Below, piece after piece: positions 32,565 through 43,029 of a stretch of DNA of 64,000 bases. The position numbers were made by a program, and so were the translations under genes. This stretch comes from Cyanobacteriota bacterium (GTDB lineage: Bacteria; Cyanobacteriota; Cyanobacteriia; Cyanobacteriales; Nostocaceae): positions 112,307 to 176,306 of the forward strand of contig JBJOKS010000007.1 of assembly GCA_046045965.1 (NCBI GenBank), given 5' to 3'. The notes below the pieces were generated by a model. That model did no database searches. It was not told where the DNA came from and worked only from the letters and a program-made list of their open reading frames with translations. The number at the start of each line of letters is the position of its first letter. Positions within the stretch are counted from its first letter, which is position 1.

Positions 32565-35500
32565 ATGGTTCAAGAACTGGAACGTAAACGCCAGAGTGCA
32601 TCTTTCCCAGAATCTGCTCCAGCAGCCAATCCTGTATTTTTTAGAACTTACAGCCGTCGTACAGAAGCAGGTTTAAGAGAAAGTTATGATCAAGTGTGCG
32701 ATCGCACTCTTAAAGGCTTAGTCGAACTGGGAAAACTCACCCGTGAAGAAGCTGCCCTTTTAGACAAAATGCAGCGCAACATGAAAGCCCTTCCCAGTGG
32801 GCGCTGGATGTGGGTTGGTGGCACAGATTGGTTAACCAAACCCAAAAACTTCTCTGGTGCTTATAACTGCACCTCCACCAACTTGGTAGACTGGAAAGCC
32901 TTCGGTTTAATGATGGACTTGGCCATGATGGGCTGTGGTACAGGTGCTATCATCGAACCACAGTATATTAATCAACTGCCATCTATCCGTAATCACCTAA
33001 ATATAACGATCACAGGTGAAATTGGCAGCACTCCTAAAGAACAACGTCGTGAATTTACACAAACCGATATAGAAGCTAACACCGCTACTATCCACGTTGG
33101 AGACAGCCGGGAAGGTTGGGTAAAATCCTATCAAACCCTGTTAGAACTCTCCACCGATGAACGCTTTACAGGTGACGTTGAAGTAATTGTAGATATTAGC
33201 GACGTGCGCCAATCTGGGGAAACCCTCAAAGGCTTTGGCGGTATGGCTAATCCTGTGAAGTTACCAGGATTGTATCAGCGTTGTGCCTCTATTCTCAATA
33301 AAGCTTTAGGTAGACAATTAAATTCAGTTGAATGCTGTTTGTTAATTGATGAAGCTGCTGTCACAATTGTTGCCGGAAATATCCGTAGAAGCGCGGGTAT
33401 GCGTCAGTTCATTGCAGAAGATGAAAAAGGCGCAACTGCAAAAGATAACCTATGGCAACAAGACGCAGAAGGCAACTGGCGCATAGATCCAGAACGTGAT
33501 TCTTTGCGGATGGCCAACCATAGCCGAGTATTTCACCATAAACCCACTCTAGAAGAATCCATTGCAGCCGTTCAAAAGCAATATTACAGTGGTGAAGGAG
33601 CAATTCAATGGGCTGGTGAAGCAGTTGCTAGAGCTAACATTGATTTACTAACTACACCAGAACTGAAAACAGACTTTTTGCAAGCTTACGATCAAGGAAA
33701 AGCCAAAGAATGGATACAAGAACATCACCCAGATATTGATGCTCAAGAATTAGAACATCGTTTGGGTAGATATGGTTTAAATCCTTGTCATGCAGGTGAT
33801 ACCTTAGTATCTACTAATCAGGGATTAGTACCTATTAAAGATTTAGTTGGTAAACCATTTCAAGCTTTAGTTGACTTGCGTTCTGTAGGATTAGATGGAG
33901 TCAAATTAACTGATGCGATCGCTTTTCCCACAGGAGTACAAACAACTTATCTCATTACCCTAGCAAATGGCCAGCAAATGAGATGTACTGCTGACCATCA
34001 ACATTTTACCAATCACGGATGGGTAGCAACAAAAGACTTAACATCTGAGCATCATATCTATATCCAAAAAGGTGCGGGATCTTTTGGAGAAGGTACAATC
34101 ACAGTTGAACAAGCACAAATGCTGGGGTGGTGGTATGGAGACGGTTATAATGTCATCATCAAACCACAAAAACATGGTAGAAAAGAATCTCACTTTGCTA
34201 AAGGCTTTGTTTTCAATCCACAAGAATATGATTATGCTTACCCAGTAGTTGGTGGAGCAATCAAATCTATTACTGGCGTAGAATATGTCAGAAAACTCCA
34301 CAAAGGAGTATATGAGTTTAGAACTCAATCACCTTTATTAGAGGAGTTTTTTGGAAACTTAGAAATTGAAAATAAAGACATACTCCCAGTTAAATTTCTT
34401 ACCCAATCTCAAGACGTATTAATTGGATTTGTCCAAGGAATTTTTAGTGCTGATGGTACTGTTGAAAAAAGCTGTCGTCGCATTAAATTGGTTAACAAGT
34501 CAAAAGCCCTATTGCAACAAATTCAATTAATTCTTTTGCAATTAGGAATTTTAAGCACAGTGCGTTGTGCAAGAAAACCAGGTTACAGAGGAGTTGTTTA
34601 CACCACTGCTGACGGTACTCAAAAAATTAGTGCTGATAATGGCTCTTATGCTCTTTGCATTCATTCCTTTGGTTACAAGCTATTTCATCAGTTAATAGGT
34701 TTTCCACTGTCACCAGCCAAGGAACAAAGACTAGCAGAATGGGATGCTAAACCTTTGCCAAGTTACACAGCAAAAACTATTAACTCCTGCTTTACTGCTC
34801 AGGTTAATACTGTTGAAGAGTTTGGAGAAGAACCTGTTTATGATCTTCATGTTCCTTTAACTCATTCCTTCATTGCTAATGGTTGTATTACTCACAATTG
34901 TGGAGAAATCATAGGTGCTGATTTTCACTGCGTAAGTGGTGATACCCTGCTCATCACTAAAGATGGAATGCACAAAATTCAGGATATTGTCGATTCTGAA
35001 GTTGAAATTTGGAACGGTAAAAACTGGAGTCAAGTTCAACCATTTAAAACTGGTAGTTCTCGCGTTCTCTATCGCGTGCGCTTTGGAGATGGTTCTTATC
35101 TAGATGCAACTGAGTATCACCGCTTCTTTGTTAAAGATAGATTTGGCAAGAATTACAAAGAAGTGCAAACAAAAGACTTGATGGATACCAGTCATTATGC
35201 TATCCACACAGAACCGTTTACAATTCAGTACGAAGATGGATTAAATGTTGATCTCAACTATGCCTACACTTTAGGAGTAGCTGTTGGAGATGGAACAACC
35301 GATCAAAAAGATCATGCCAAAGTTAGGTTGTATGAAAAGAAAGCTGCTTTAAATCTCTCAGGAAATAAATCTCCTATCAGAGATTACGATTACTTACCAA
35401 CTTTTACAGATGTTACAGATTTAGGTTTTTCTGGAGAATTCTTAAAAAGCCTAAAAACAAATCCAGAAACACTGAACGTCATTGCTAGTTGGAATCGTCA

Positions 35501-38090
35501 AGCAATTTTGCATTTTATCGCTGGTATAGCAGATACAGACGGCTCGAATACAAACAGCAACGGCATCAGAATATATATCTCTGACTATGATCGAGCATAC
35601 CGAGTTCAGTTACTACTAACTAAATGTGGTATTCGTTCATCTGTCAATCTGTGCGCTCATCAAGGGGCAGTCACTAACTATGGCATCAGAAGTAGAGATT
35701 TATACTGCTTGCAAATAACTGACTGTAGCGAGATTCCTTGTCAGCGTTTGGACGTGAGTAAAGGCACAAATGCCAAATATAAAGGTAAATGGCAAGTTGT
35801 AAAAAGTGTTGAACAATTACCAGGATTACATGATACTTACTGCTTTAATGAGCCGGAATATCATAAAGGTGTTTTTGGTAATACCTTAACCGGAAACTGT
35901 AACTTGTCTGAAGTACACTTAAACCAACTTGATCCCGATAACTACAAAGAACAAGAAGAAGCATTTACCGCTGGTGCTTTGTCAGTGGCCGCATTGTTAA
36001 ACCACCATTTTCTTGAACCCCGCTATCAATACAGTCGGGAACTTGATCCCATTGTCGGCGTTTCCTTCACCGGTTTATTTGACTTCTTTGTTCATGCTTT
36101 TGGTGTGGACTGGTTACGCTGGTGGGAGGAAGGAAGACCAGAAACCCCAGAAGGACTGGTTTTCAAACGTGGTGAACAAAAATATCTCAGCAGATGGCGA
36201 GAAATCGTACATAAAGCCGTTTGGGAATATTGCGACAAACACGGAATTAAACGCCCCAACCGCTGTACTACCGTGCAGCCTTCTGGCTGTCTGGATCGCA
36301 CAGCATTGCGGATATTTGATCAAGGATTGCTCTATGCTGATGAATTGATAGCTCCCGGTAGTGGTGAAACCATCAACTTAAACTTAAGCGTGCGTAAAGG
36401 AATTTCTGTTTCTACAGGCATTGCTAATCAACCCCTGCAACTGATTAAAGTAACTTTAAGCAATGGTCGCATCCTCCGCATGACCCCTAATCACCGTCTT
36501 TCCATCAATGGAAATTGGGTTTATGCAGCCGATATGACTTCTGGGATGAAAATTGATTTCAGTCTCGGCGAGTATCAAAATCACCAAGAAGTCTCTTTAC
36601 TCAATATCGATCAATTCGAGTACACACGAGAAGGACGACAATTAGAACTCGGTCATAGTCGCGGGGTTACAGCAACCATCATTAAAACACCAAAAACCAT
36701 GTCTCCTGATTTGTCCTACTTCATTGGGGCATTATTTGGAGATGGTTGCTTGAGTCCTCATAAACACCGCATCCGTTTTTGCAGCAATGATTACACATTA
36801 CTCGAAAGACTGCAAAAAATCGGACAACAACTTTTTGCTTTGAAGGGACAAATTCGCAAATATTCTGACAGAGAAGCTTTTGAACTATCTTTTGCCAGCG
36901 TTCAGCTTTTTAACTGGTTGCAACTGAATGGATTAGCAAAAACAGAAGAAAGCCAAAGCCTCGACAGAATACCCTTAGCAATTCGTTGTTCTTCTAAGCA
37001 AAGCATCCTGTCTTTTTTCTGCGGTTTAATTGACACTGATGGTTGTATTCGTTCTACAGGGAGGATGTCTATTGATAGCGCCAGTGAAAAGTTCCTGCGA
37101 AACCTTCAACAAATTGGTGAAGCGGTGGGTCTGTGTTTCTCAATTTTCCATAACACCCAAGGAGAAAACAAGCAAGGTCAGAAAGATATGTGGGGCTTAT
37201 GTTTGAGTCGGATGTTGTCCCAACCCGATGCCTTAGCTTATTTAAACAGCAATAGCGAAAAAGCTCAAGCTCGTCCTATTCCTTCTCCAAAACGGAGTTT
37301 TAAATTTGAACCTTACACTGTGGCATCTGTAGAGTGGGAAGAAGCTCCCGACTATAGTTACGATTTTGCTGTAGGAGGAATAGACGATAATGACTCTTGG
37401 TACTGGCAGGGAGGAATTAAATCTCACAATACCAAATCTCTTTTAACAGGTGCTAGTTCCGGTTGGCATCCTCCCAAAGCCCAAAGATTCATTCGGCGGA
37501 TCACCTTCCGTAAAAATGACCCAGTAGCATTAGCCTGTATAGACTATGGTTACAACGTCATCCCGTCCCAATCTGACAAAGACGAAAACGGCAACTTACT
37601 CAATGACCCATTTGATCCTCGTTGTACAGAATGGTTAGTAGAAATACCTGTTGCCGTCTCTTGGGCAGATTTACCCGGTGCGGATGTCATTGATGTGTCT
37701 AAGTTCTCTGTATTGGCACAATTAGATTTTGTCATGCAAGTGCAGAAATACTACACCGCTCATAACACTTCAGCAACTTTAGAACTGCGTTCTGAGGAGG
37801 TTGTACCTTTGGGAACACGCATCTATGAAGCCATTCAAAATGATGAAGGTTACATTTCTGCGGCGTTATTAGCGCGGTTTGATGACATTCAAACTTTCCC
37901 CCGCTTACCCTTTGAACCCATAGACAAAGCCACCTATCAGCGTTTGTCTCAAGAAGTCAAAGCCCGACGGAAAACCGATGATTTCTGTGGCGCTTTAAGT
38001 CGTTATGATTTAGGAGAATTAACAGAAGCAGGACCTAGTGGTTGTGACTCTGATAAATGTATGTTCCCTGAACAAGCACCAACATCATAA
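32565..38090 (+). CDS. nrdJ: Class II (adenosylcobalamin-dependent) ribonucleotide reductase with three inteins; about 766 aa after splicing
   Basis: FFRTYSR, AYNC, GNIRRSA; reconstituted GLNP|CGEI, FH|CNLSE and TTVQPSG|TKSLL; C-terminal GCDSDKC. Confidence 0.95.
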   Translation: MVQELERKRQSASFPESAPAANPVFFRTYSRRTEAGLRESYDQVCDRTLKGLVELGKLTREEAALLDKMQRNMKALPSGRWMWVGGTDWLTKPKNFSGAYNCTSTNLVDWKAFGLMMDLAMMGCGTGAIIEPQYINQLPSIRNHLNITITGEIGSTPKEQRREFTQTDIEANTATIHVGDSREGWVKSYQTLLELSTDERFTGDVEVIVDISDVRQSGETLKGFGGMANPVKLPGLYQRCASILNKALGRQLNSVECCLLIDEAAVTIVAGNIRRSAGMRQFIAEDEKGATAKDNLWQQDAEGNWRIDPERDSLRMANHSRVFHHKPTLEESIAAVQKQYYSGEGAIQWAGEAVARANIDLLTTPELKTDFLQAYDQGKAKEWIQEHHPDIDAQELEHRLGRYGLNPCHAGDTLVSTNQGLVPIKDLVGKPFQALVDLRSVGLDGVKLTDAIAFPTGVQTTYLITLANGQQMRCTADHQHFTNHGWVATKDLTSEHHIYIQKGAGSFGEGTITVEQAQMLGWWYGDGYNVIIKPQKHGRKESHFAKGFVFNPQEYDYAYPVVGGAIKSITGVEYVRKLHKGVYEFRTQSPLLEEFFGNLEIENKDILPVKFLTQSQDVLIGFVQGIFSADGTVEKSCRRIKLVNKSKALLQQIQLILLQLGILSTVRCARKPGYRGVVYTTADGTQKISADNGSYALCIHSFGYKLFHQLIGFPLSPAKEQRLAEWDAKPLPSYTAKTINSCFTAQVNTVEEFGEEPVYDLHVPLTHSFIANGCITHNCGEIIGADFHCVSGDTLLITKDGMHKIQDIVDSEVEIWNGKNWSQVQPFKTGSSRVLYRVRFGDGSYLDATEYHRFFVKDRFGKNYKEVQTKDLMDTSHYAIHTEPFTIQYEDGLNVDLNYAYTLGVAVGDGTTDQKDHAKVRLYEKKAALNLSGNKSPIRDYDYLPTFTDVTDLGFSGEFLKSLKTNPETLNVIASWNRQAILHFIAGIADTDGSNTNSNGIRIYISDYDRAYRVQLLLTKCGIRSSVNLCAHQGAVTNYGIRSRDLYCLQITDCSEIPCQRLDVSKGTNAKYKGKWQVVKSVEQLPGLHDTYCFNEPEYHKGVFGNTLTGNCNLSEVHLNQLDPDNYKEQEEAFTAGALSVAALLNHHFLEPRYQYSRELDPIVGVSFTGLFDFFVHAFGVDWLRWWEEGRPETPEGLVFKRGEQKYLSRWREIVHKAVWEYCDKHGIKRPNRCTTVQPSGCLDRTALRIFDQGLLYADELIAPGSGETINLNLSVRKGISVSTGIANQPLQLIKVTLSNGRILRMTPNHRLSINGNWVYAADMTSGMKIDFSLGEYQNHQEVSLLNIDQFEYTREGRQLELGHSRGVTATIIKTPKTMSPDLSYFIGALFGDGCLSPHKHRIRFCSNDYTLLERLQKIGQQLFALKGQIRKYSDREAFELSFASVQLFNWLQLNGLAKTEESQSLDRIPLAIRCSSKQSILSFFCGLIDTDGCIRSTGRMSIDSASEKFLRNLQQIGEAVGLCFSIFHNTQGENKQGQKDMWGLCLSRMLSQPDALAYLNSNSEKAQARPIPSPKRSFKFEPYTVASVEWEEAPDYSYDFAVGGIDDNDSWYWQGGIKSHNTKSLLTGASSGWHPPKAQRFIRRITFRKNDPVALACIDYGYNVIPSQSDKDENGNLLNDPFDPRCTEWLVEIPVAVSWADLPGADVIDVSKFSVLAQLDFVMQVQKYYTAHNTSATLELRSEEVVPLGTRIYEAIQNDEGYISAALLARFDDIQTFPRLPFEPIDKATYQRLSQEVKARRKTDDFCGALSRYDLGELTEAGPSGCDSDKCMFPEQAPTS
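33786..34898 (+). mobile_element. Intein 1 (371 aa) with LAGLIDADG homing endonuclease
   Basis: CHAGDT start, TADH block B, LGWWYGDG and QGIFSADG, ends THN before Cys. Confidence 0.92.
34929..35897 (+). mobile_element. Intein 2 (323 aa) with LAGLIDADG homing endonuclease
   Basis: CVSGDT start, TEYH block B, LGVAVGDG and AGIADTDG, ends TGN before Cys. Confidence 0.9.
36288..37430 (+). mobile_element. Intein 3 (381 aa) with LAGLIDADG homing endonuclease
   Basis: CLDRT start, TPNH block B, IGALFGDG and CGLIDTDG, ends SHN before Thr. Confidence 0.92.
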
Positions 38091-38222
38091 AATCCGTTAA
38101 TTTCTGAAGAATGACGGAAAATATCTCTGTTATCTTCTTTTCTTCGTGTCTTCGTGTCTTCGTGGTTTAATAATTTTTTTACGAACCACAGAGGCACAGA
38201 GGACACAGAGAGAGGAAAAATC

Positions 38223-38345
38223 TTTAACTTACCTTTGGGGGTGAAAGTCCCCTGCTTCTACAAGCAGCGGGTTTTGCGTCGGGGTAAAATCCCCGTTGCC
38301 AAACGTAATTCTACATTCTAAATTCTCAATTCTTCATTCTTTTAA
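38223..38345. repeat. 123-bp structured direct repeat, copy 1
   Basis: Matches 39209-39331 at all but one position. Confidence 0.9.
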
Positions 38346-39175
38346 CAGGTTTTATATTCAATGACATGAGTGGAACTAACCCATTCACCTTTTTCGCTAT
38401 AGCTACGAATTAAACGTTGACGTTCATTTTCTCTGACTAACCAACCTGCTTCCACAAAAAAAGGTTTTCTCCGTTGCAGTTGCAAAGGAACATTACTGGA
38501 AGTTCCATCGGGTAATAACAAAATTTCCCGAATGTTTCCTTCTTTTTCAAAAATTAGTTTATTGCCTTCTATTTTGGCTTGTGAAGTAATGGTTCGGGAT
38601 ACAAAAAATAGCTTTTGTTCTAAATATCCATTACCAATGTCTTTAATTTCTAAAGAACTAGCATAGGTTTCAGATGGTCTCAGGTCTGAATACACTGTAT
38701 GAGCTTGACCTTGCCAATTACCAATTAACTGTTCTACAGTCAGTTGTGGACGTTCGTAAGCATCTGTAGAACTGCGAAATTCCCTAATCAAAGTTAAACT
38801 AATAAAGTTACCTTGTTTGTCATATAATTGCACTAAACGCGATCGCCTATCATTATCTACAAAGCCATATTCTGCTCCGAATTCTGTAAAAGGTGCTAGT
38901 TGCAATGTTCCTTTAGAAAACGCCCCTGTGCTAAAAAAGATGTTCTCTTTTGCTAAAGTACGATATTCCTGTTGATAATCTTGAATAGGAAGACTATCAT
39001 CACCACTAGCATCAAAACGACGTAATCTAAAAAGTACAGCTTGATGATGATCAAAGGCTTCTAAATTTAAAATGCTAGGAGTCGAATCTAATATTTCTCC
39101 ATTGGGGGAAATTTTAGTAAATGAACCACGCCATTCACCTAAATTTTTGAGAAAGTTTTCCCAGTTGCTTGTCAT
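38342..39175 (-). CDS. DUF3598 family protein
   Basis: WENFLKNLGEWRGSFT N-terminus; duplicated beta-barrel pattern. Confidence 0.85.
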   Translation of the reverse strand: MTSNWENFLKNLGEWRGSFTKISPNGEILDSTPSILNLEAFDHHQAVLFRLRRFDASGDDSLPIQDYQQEYRTLAKENIFFSTGAFSKGTLQLAPFTEFGAEYGFVDNDRRSRLVQLYDKQGNFISLTLIREFRSSTDAYERPQLTVEQLIGNWQGQAHTVYSDLRPSETYASSLEIKDIGNGYLEQKLFFVSRTITSQAKIEGNKLIFEKEGNIREILLLPDGTSSNVPLQLQRRKPFFVEAGWLVRENERQRLIRSYSEKGEWVSSTHVIEYKTC

Positions 39176-39208
39176 AATTTAATAGTTGATTAACAAAGAT
39201 TATTTTAT

Positions 39209-39331
39209 TTTAACTTACCTTTGGGGGTGAAAGTCCCCTGCTTCTACAAGCAGCGGGTTGTGCGTCGGGGTAAAATCCCCGTTGCCAAACGTAATTCTAC
39301 ATTCTAAATTCTCAATTCTTCATTCTTTTAA
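39209..39331. repeat. 123-bp structured direct repeat, copy 2
   Basis: Matches 38223-38345. Confidence 0.9.
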
Positions 39332-39494
39332 TGCTGGTTAACAATCAAGGTGAATTATGTTTGATGATGATAAAAATAATCATAACCATCATCCAATTAA
39401 ATATCATCACATCTTTTGCTTGTGTCTTCCTGACCAAAATCTGTTAAGATTGATGAAGATTTAATAATTTTTACAGACATAGTTGGAGAGTGTA

Positions 39495-39713
39495 ATGTTT
39501 ATTACTGAATTATCGCCCCTATTGAAAGAACTTGCCCAGCATCCAGTGTCATTTATGGGCGGGTTTGTCTCCGGTGTACTGCGACTCAACCTAGCTGATG
39601 AACCTGTTAAAACTTGGCTGGACCAACATATCACCCCAGGGGGGTTCTCGAATCCTGGTAATTCAACACAGAACGGAAAACCCTCTGGTCCTCAACAAAT
39701 TTCAATTGATTAA
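39495..39713 (+). CDS. Conserved small cyanobacterial hypothetical protein
   Basis: P.SFMGGFVSGVLRLNL..EPVK.WL...GPQQISID. Confidence 0.8.
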   Translation: MFITELSPLLKELAQHPVSFMGGFVSGVLRLNLADEPVKTWLDQHITPGGFSNPGNSTQNGKPSGPQQISID

Positions 39714-40043
39714 TCCTTTTTAAACCGTTAGCTGTGAACTGTTAACGGTTATAAATATCTGACATTTCTTTAAATTATCCAACAGATATAATTAAATAAT
39801 TATATATTATAATTCTTTGTAAAATCTCATACTTTGGATAATGTCACAATCAGTTATCATAATTAACAGATGCGTATGTTCAGTCTGATGGCAGATTTCG
39901 TGATGGATATAGTCGTCGTTATGGCTCATGTCCTAACATTTTTGCCATCCATGAATCAAAGGCAACTATGCAATGCTTACAATTTGCTTAGTTCCAGTTT
40001 CCCGCTGAACTATCGCTTTTTGTTGAATATTACGTGACTAATA

Positions 40044-40328
40044 ATGACTATCTACGTTGGAAATCTCTCTTACCAAGCGACCGAAGCAGACTTAAAAGCC
40101 GTGTTTGCTGATTATGGCGAGGTTAAAAGAGTTGTTTTACCTACTGACCGCGAAACCGGAAGGATGCGCGGATTTGCTTTTGTTGAGATGATCGAAGATG
40201 CACAAGAAGATGCAGCTATCTCAGAATTGGATGGTGCAGAATGGATGGGTCGTCAACTAAGAGTTAATAAAGCAAAACCCAAAGAAGATGACCGACTACG
40301 ACGTAGTTCGTCTAAAAAAGAATATTAA
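40044..40328 (+). CDS. RRM RNA-binding protein (Rbp family)
   Basis: IYVGNLSY (RNP2) and RGFAFVEM (RNP1). Confidence 0.95.
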   Translation: MTIYVGNLSYQATEADLKAVFADYGEVKRVVLPTDRETGRMRGFAFVEMIEDAQEDAAISELDGAEWMGRQLRVNKAKPKEDDRLRRSSSKKEY

Positions 40329-40726
40329 TAATAGAGAGATTCTATCTTAGCATATTGTTTCTATTTATGCAAGTAAGCGATCGCTCAAATCCTGCTAGAA
40401 ACAATTGAGAATGACACAGAGCTATAAAATTCAGCCAGACTAGTGATACATTTTAGGCCAATGTTAAGACTAGTGGGCTTTTTTTATGACAACGTAACAA
40501 AATGTTGTATGGATGTAAAAAAAAATGGAAGCAGATTTTTGGAAACTGTAGAAAAGTAATTATTTTATATGTAAAATATATAGGCAATCTAGAGTGATTA
40601 TTTTGAAGTAATAATCAGAGTTTATTTATTTCATCTTTTAGTTTTAATACTTATCTGTATTTGGAAACAGGTATTTTTACAAATTACAAATTAAATGTTC
40701 CAACTAAGTACAAAGAACTAAAAACT

Positions 40727-41296
40727 ATGGATGTTCAAGAACTTTTAACTAGATATGCCAGAGGAGAAAGAAGCTTTAACGGTATCGCCTTACCAGCAGC
40801 TAACTTACAAGGAGCTAACTTAGGTGGTATAGACTTTGCTAGAGCAGACCTCAGAGGTGCAAATCTCATCGGTGCTTCTTTGACAGGAGCAAATTTAAGT
40901 AAAGCAAATCTCAGAGGTGCAAAACTAGAAAATGCACATTTATCAGAAGTAATTTTGTGTGGTGCTGATTTAACTCAAGCTGTGCTAACTAATGCTCATC
41001 TGAATGAATCAGACCTCAGTGGAGCTTTATTAACTGGTGCTGACTTGTGTGACGCTAATTTACATCAAGCATCAATAACCGCCGCTAATTTACAAAATGC
41101 AAACTTAAGCGGGGCAAAAATGGGAGGTGTGAGGATGTGGAAAGCAGATTTACAGGGGGCAAATTTAACTGGTGCTGATTTAAGTGAAGCAAATCTGTGT
41201 GAGGTAAATTTGACCAAAGCTAATCTCAATGCCACGGATATGAGTGAGGCTTTTTTAACTGCGGCAATTATGCCAGATGGAAGTCTTCATAGTTAA
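40727..41296 (+). CDS. Pentapeptide repeat protein
   Basis: MDVQELL.RYA.GER.F followed by A(N/D)Lxx repeats. Confidence 0.92.
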   Translation: MDVQELLTRYARGERSFNGIALPAANLQGANLGGIDFARADLRGANLIGASLTGANLSKANLRGAKLENAHLSEVILCGADLTQAVLTNAHLNESDLSGALLTGADLCDANLHQASITAANLQNANLSGAKMGGVRMWKADLQGANLTGADLSEANLCEVNLTKANLNATDMSEAFLTAAIMPDGSLHS

Positions 41297-41333
41297 TCTT
41301 TTCTGAATTTACACCTGTTAACTGAAATCAAAA

Positions 41334-41367
41334 AAAGTAGAGATATTTCATGCAACATCTCTACTTT
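41334..41367. terminator. Hairpin, probable terminator
   Basis: aaagtagagat...atctctacttt after the pentapeptide gene. Confidence 0.55.
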
Positions 41368-41427
41368 GAACTTTTTATTTCATAAATTACACACAAATTC
41401 GGATACATTAGTAGAAAGACGGTATTC

Positions 41428-42948
41428 ATGGGTGCAAAAATGTTAGAATTACAACAAAAACGGGTGGTAGTTGTTGGTGCTGGTTGGGCTGGTTTAGGTG
41501 CAACTTATCATTTAGCTAAACAAGGTTATGATGTCACACTTTTGGAAGCAGGACCCTATCCTGGTGGACTTGTCGCAGGTTGGCAAACCGCTGGAGGAAA
41601 ATCTGTAGAAGCTGGTATTCACGGCTTTTGGTATCCTTACAGAAATATATTTTCTCTGATCAATGAATTAGAAATTAATCCCTTTACAACTTGGACTCGT
41701 TCTGCTCAATATTCCCCCGCAGGTTTGGAAGTTGAATCACCAATTTTTCAAGATTTACCAAGACTACCCACACCTTTAGGAACTTTTATTTACCCTCAAT
41801 TTCAACGTTTACCATTCATTGACAGAATCAGCGCCTTACCGTTACTTTATAGCTTAATTGATTTTGATAATTCTGATGATGCTTGGAAAAGGTATGATTC
41901 AATAACAGCCCGTGAATTGTTTAAAACTTTTGGTGTTTCGGCACGACTTTATAAAGAAGCATTTGAACCAATGTTATTAGTGGGTTTATTTGCCCCTGGT
42001 GAACAATGTTCAGCAGCCGCAACTTTAGGAATGTTATATTATTTTATTCTCGCTCATCAACCTGATTTTGATGTAGTTTGGTGTCGGGGAACAGTAGGAG
42101 AAAAAATCTTCCGTCCTTGGGTACAAAAAATAGAAAAATTAGGTGCAAAAGTTTTAGCTAAACATCGAGTTACAGATGTAATGGTTGATAATAATAACCA
42201 GGTAAAAAGTGTCGTTTGCGGTGATGAAGTGTTTGATGCTGATGCCGTGATTTTTGCTGTTGGTATCACAGGAATGAAGAAAATTGTCGCTAATAGTCCG
42301 AGTTTACAAAATTATGCAGAATTTAGAAACTTGAATAATTTAGGAGCAATTGATGTTTTAGCGACTCGGTTATGGTTTGACAGAAAAATTGATATTCCTC
42401 GTCCTTCTAATGCTTGTTTTGGTTTTGATGAGACTACAGGATGGACATTTTTTGATTTGAATGCTTTACATGATGAATTCAAACTTCAAACAGAAACAGT
42501 AGTTGAAGTTGATTTTTATCACGCTAATCAATTTTTGCATTTAAGTGATGAAGAAATTGTCAAAATAGTTCAAAGTTATTTAGCAACTTGTATTCCAGGA
42601 TTTAAAGAAGCAAAAGTAATTGATAGTAGTGTAATTCGTTTAGGAAATGCCGTTACACATTTTGCACCTGGTAGTTATCGTTATATGTTGCCAGCAAAAA
42701 CGAGTTTTGAAAATGTGTTTATGAGTGGAGATTGGATTATTAATCGTCACGGTTCATGGTCACAGGAAAAAGCTTATGTCACAGGTTTAGAAGCTGCTAA
42801 TTTGGCTATTTCTTATTTACAAGATGGGAAAAAAGCTGATATTTTACCTGTAGAAAAAGATGAACCCCATATACAAATATCAAGAAACTTGAATCAAAGT
42901 ATACGAGATTTAGGAAAATCTATTTTACCTAATTTTTGGTTGCCATAA
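41428..42948 (+). CDS. FAD-dependent oxidoreductase (amine oxidase/carotenoid desaturase-like)
   Basis: VVGAGWAGL, GGLVAGW, EAGIHGFW, GDW...SQEKAYVTG. Confidence 0.88.
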   Translation: MGAKMLELQQKRVVVVGAGWAGLGATYHLAKQGYDVTLLEAGPYPGGLVAGWQTAGGKSVEAGIHGFWYPYRNIFSLINELEINPFTTWTRSAQYSPAGLEVESPIFQDLPRLPTPLGTFIYPQFQRLPFIDRISALPLLYSLIDFDNSDDAWKRYDSITARELFKTFGVSARLYKEAFEPMLLVGLFAPGEQCSAAATLGMLYYFILAHQPDFDVVWCRGTVGEKIFRPWVQKIEKLGAKVLAKHRVTDVMVDNNNQVKSVVCGDEVFDADAVIFAVGITGMKKIVANSPSLQNYAEFRNLNNLGAIDVLATRLWFDRKIDIPRPSNACFGFDETTGWTFFDLNALHDEFKLQTETVVEVDFYHANQFLHLSDEEIVKIVQSYLATCIPGFKEAKVIDSSVIRLGNAVTHFAPGSYRYMLPAKTSFENVFMSGDWIINRHGSWSQEKAYVTGLEAANLAISYLQDGKKADILPVEKDEPHIQISRNLNQSIRDLGKSILPNFWLP

Positions 42949-43029
42949 TTAATAAGTTGTTGTCCATTCAACTTGCACAATTTGGACAGGCAAGATGCCT
43001 GTCCCACAAAAGTTTCATTTACAGCAAAA

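Noticed and set aside
38223..39331. Direct repeats as a CRISPR array or tRNA
   Set aside because: There are only two long copies separated by a gene, with no spacers, no cas genes and no T-loop or D-loop consensus.
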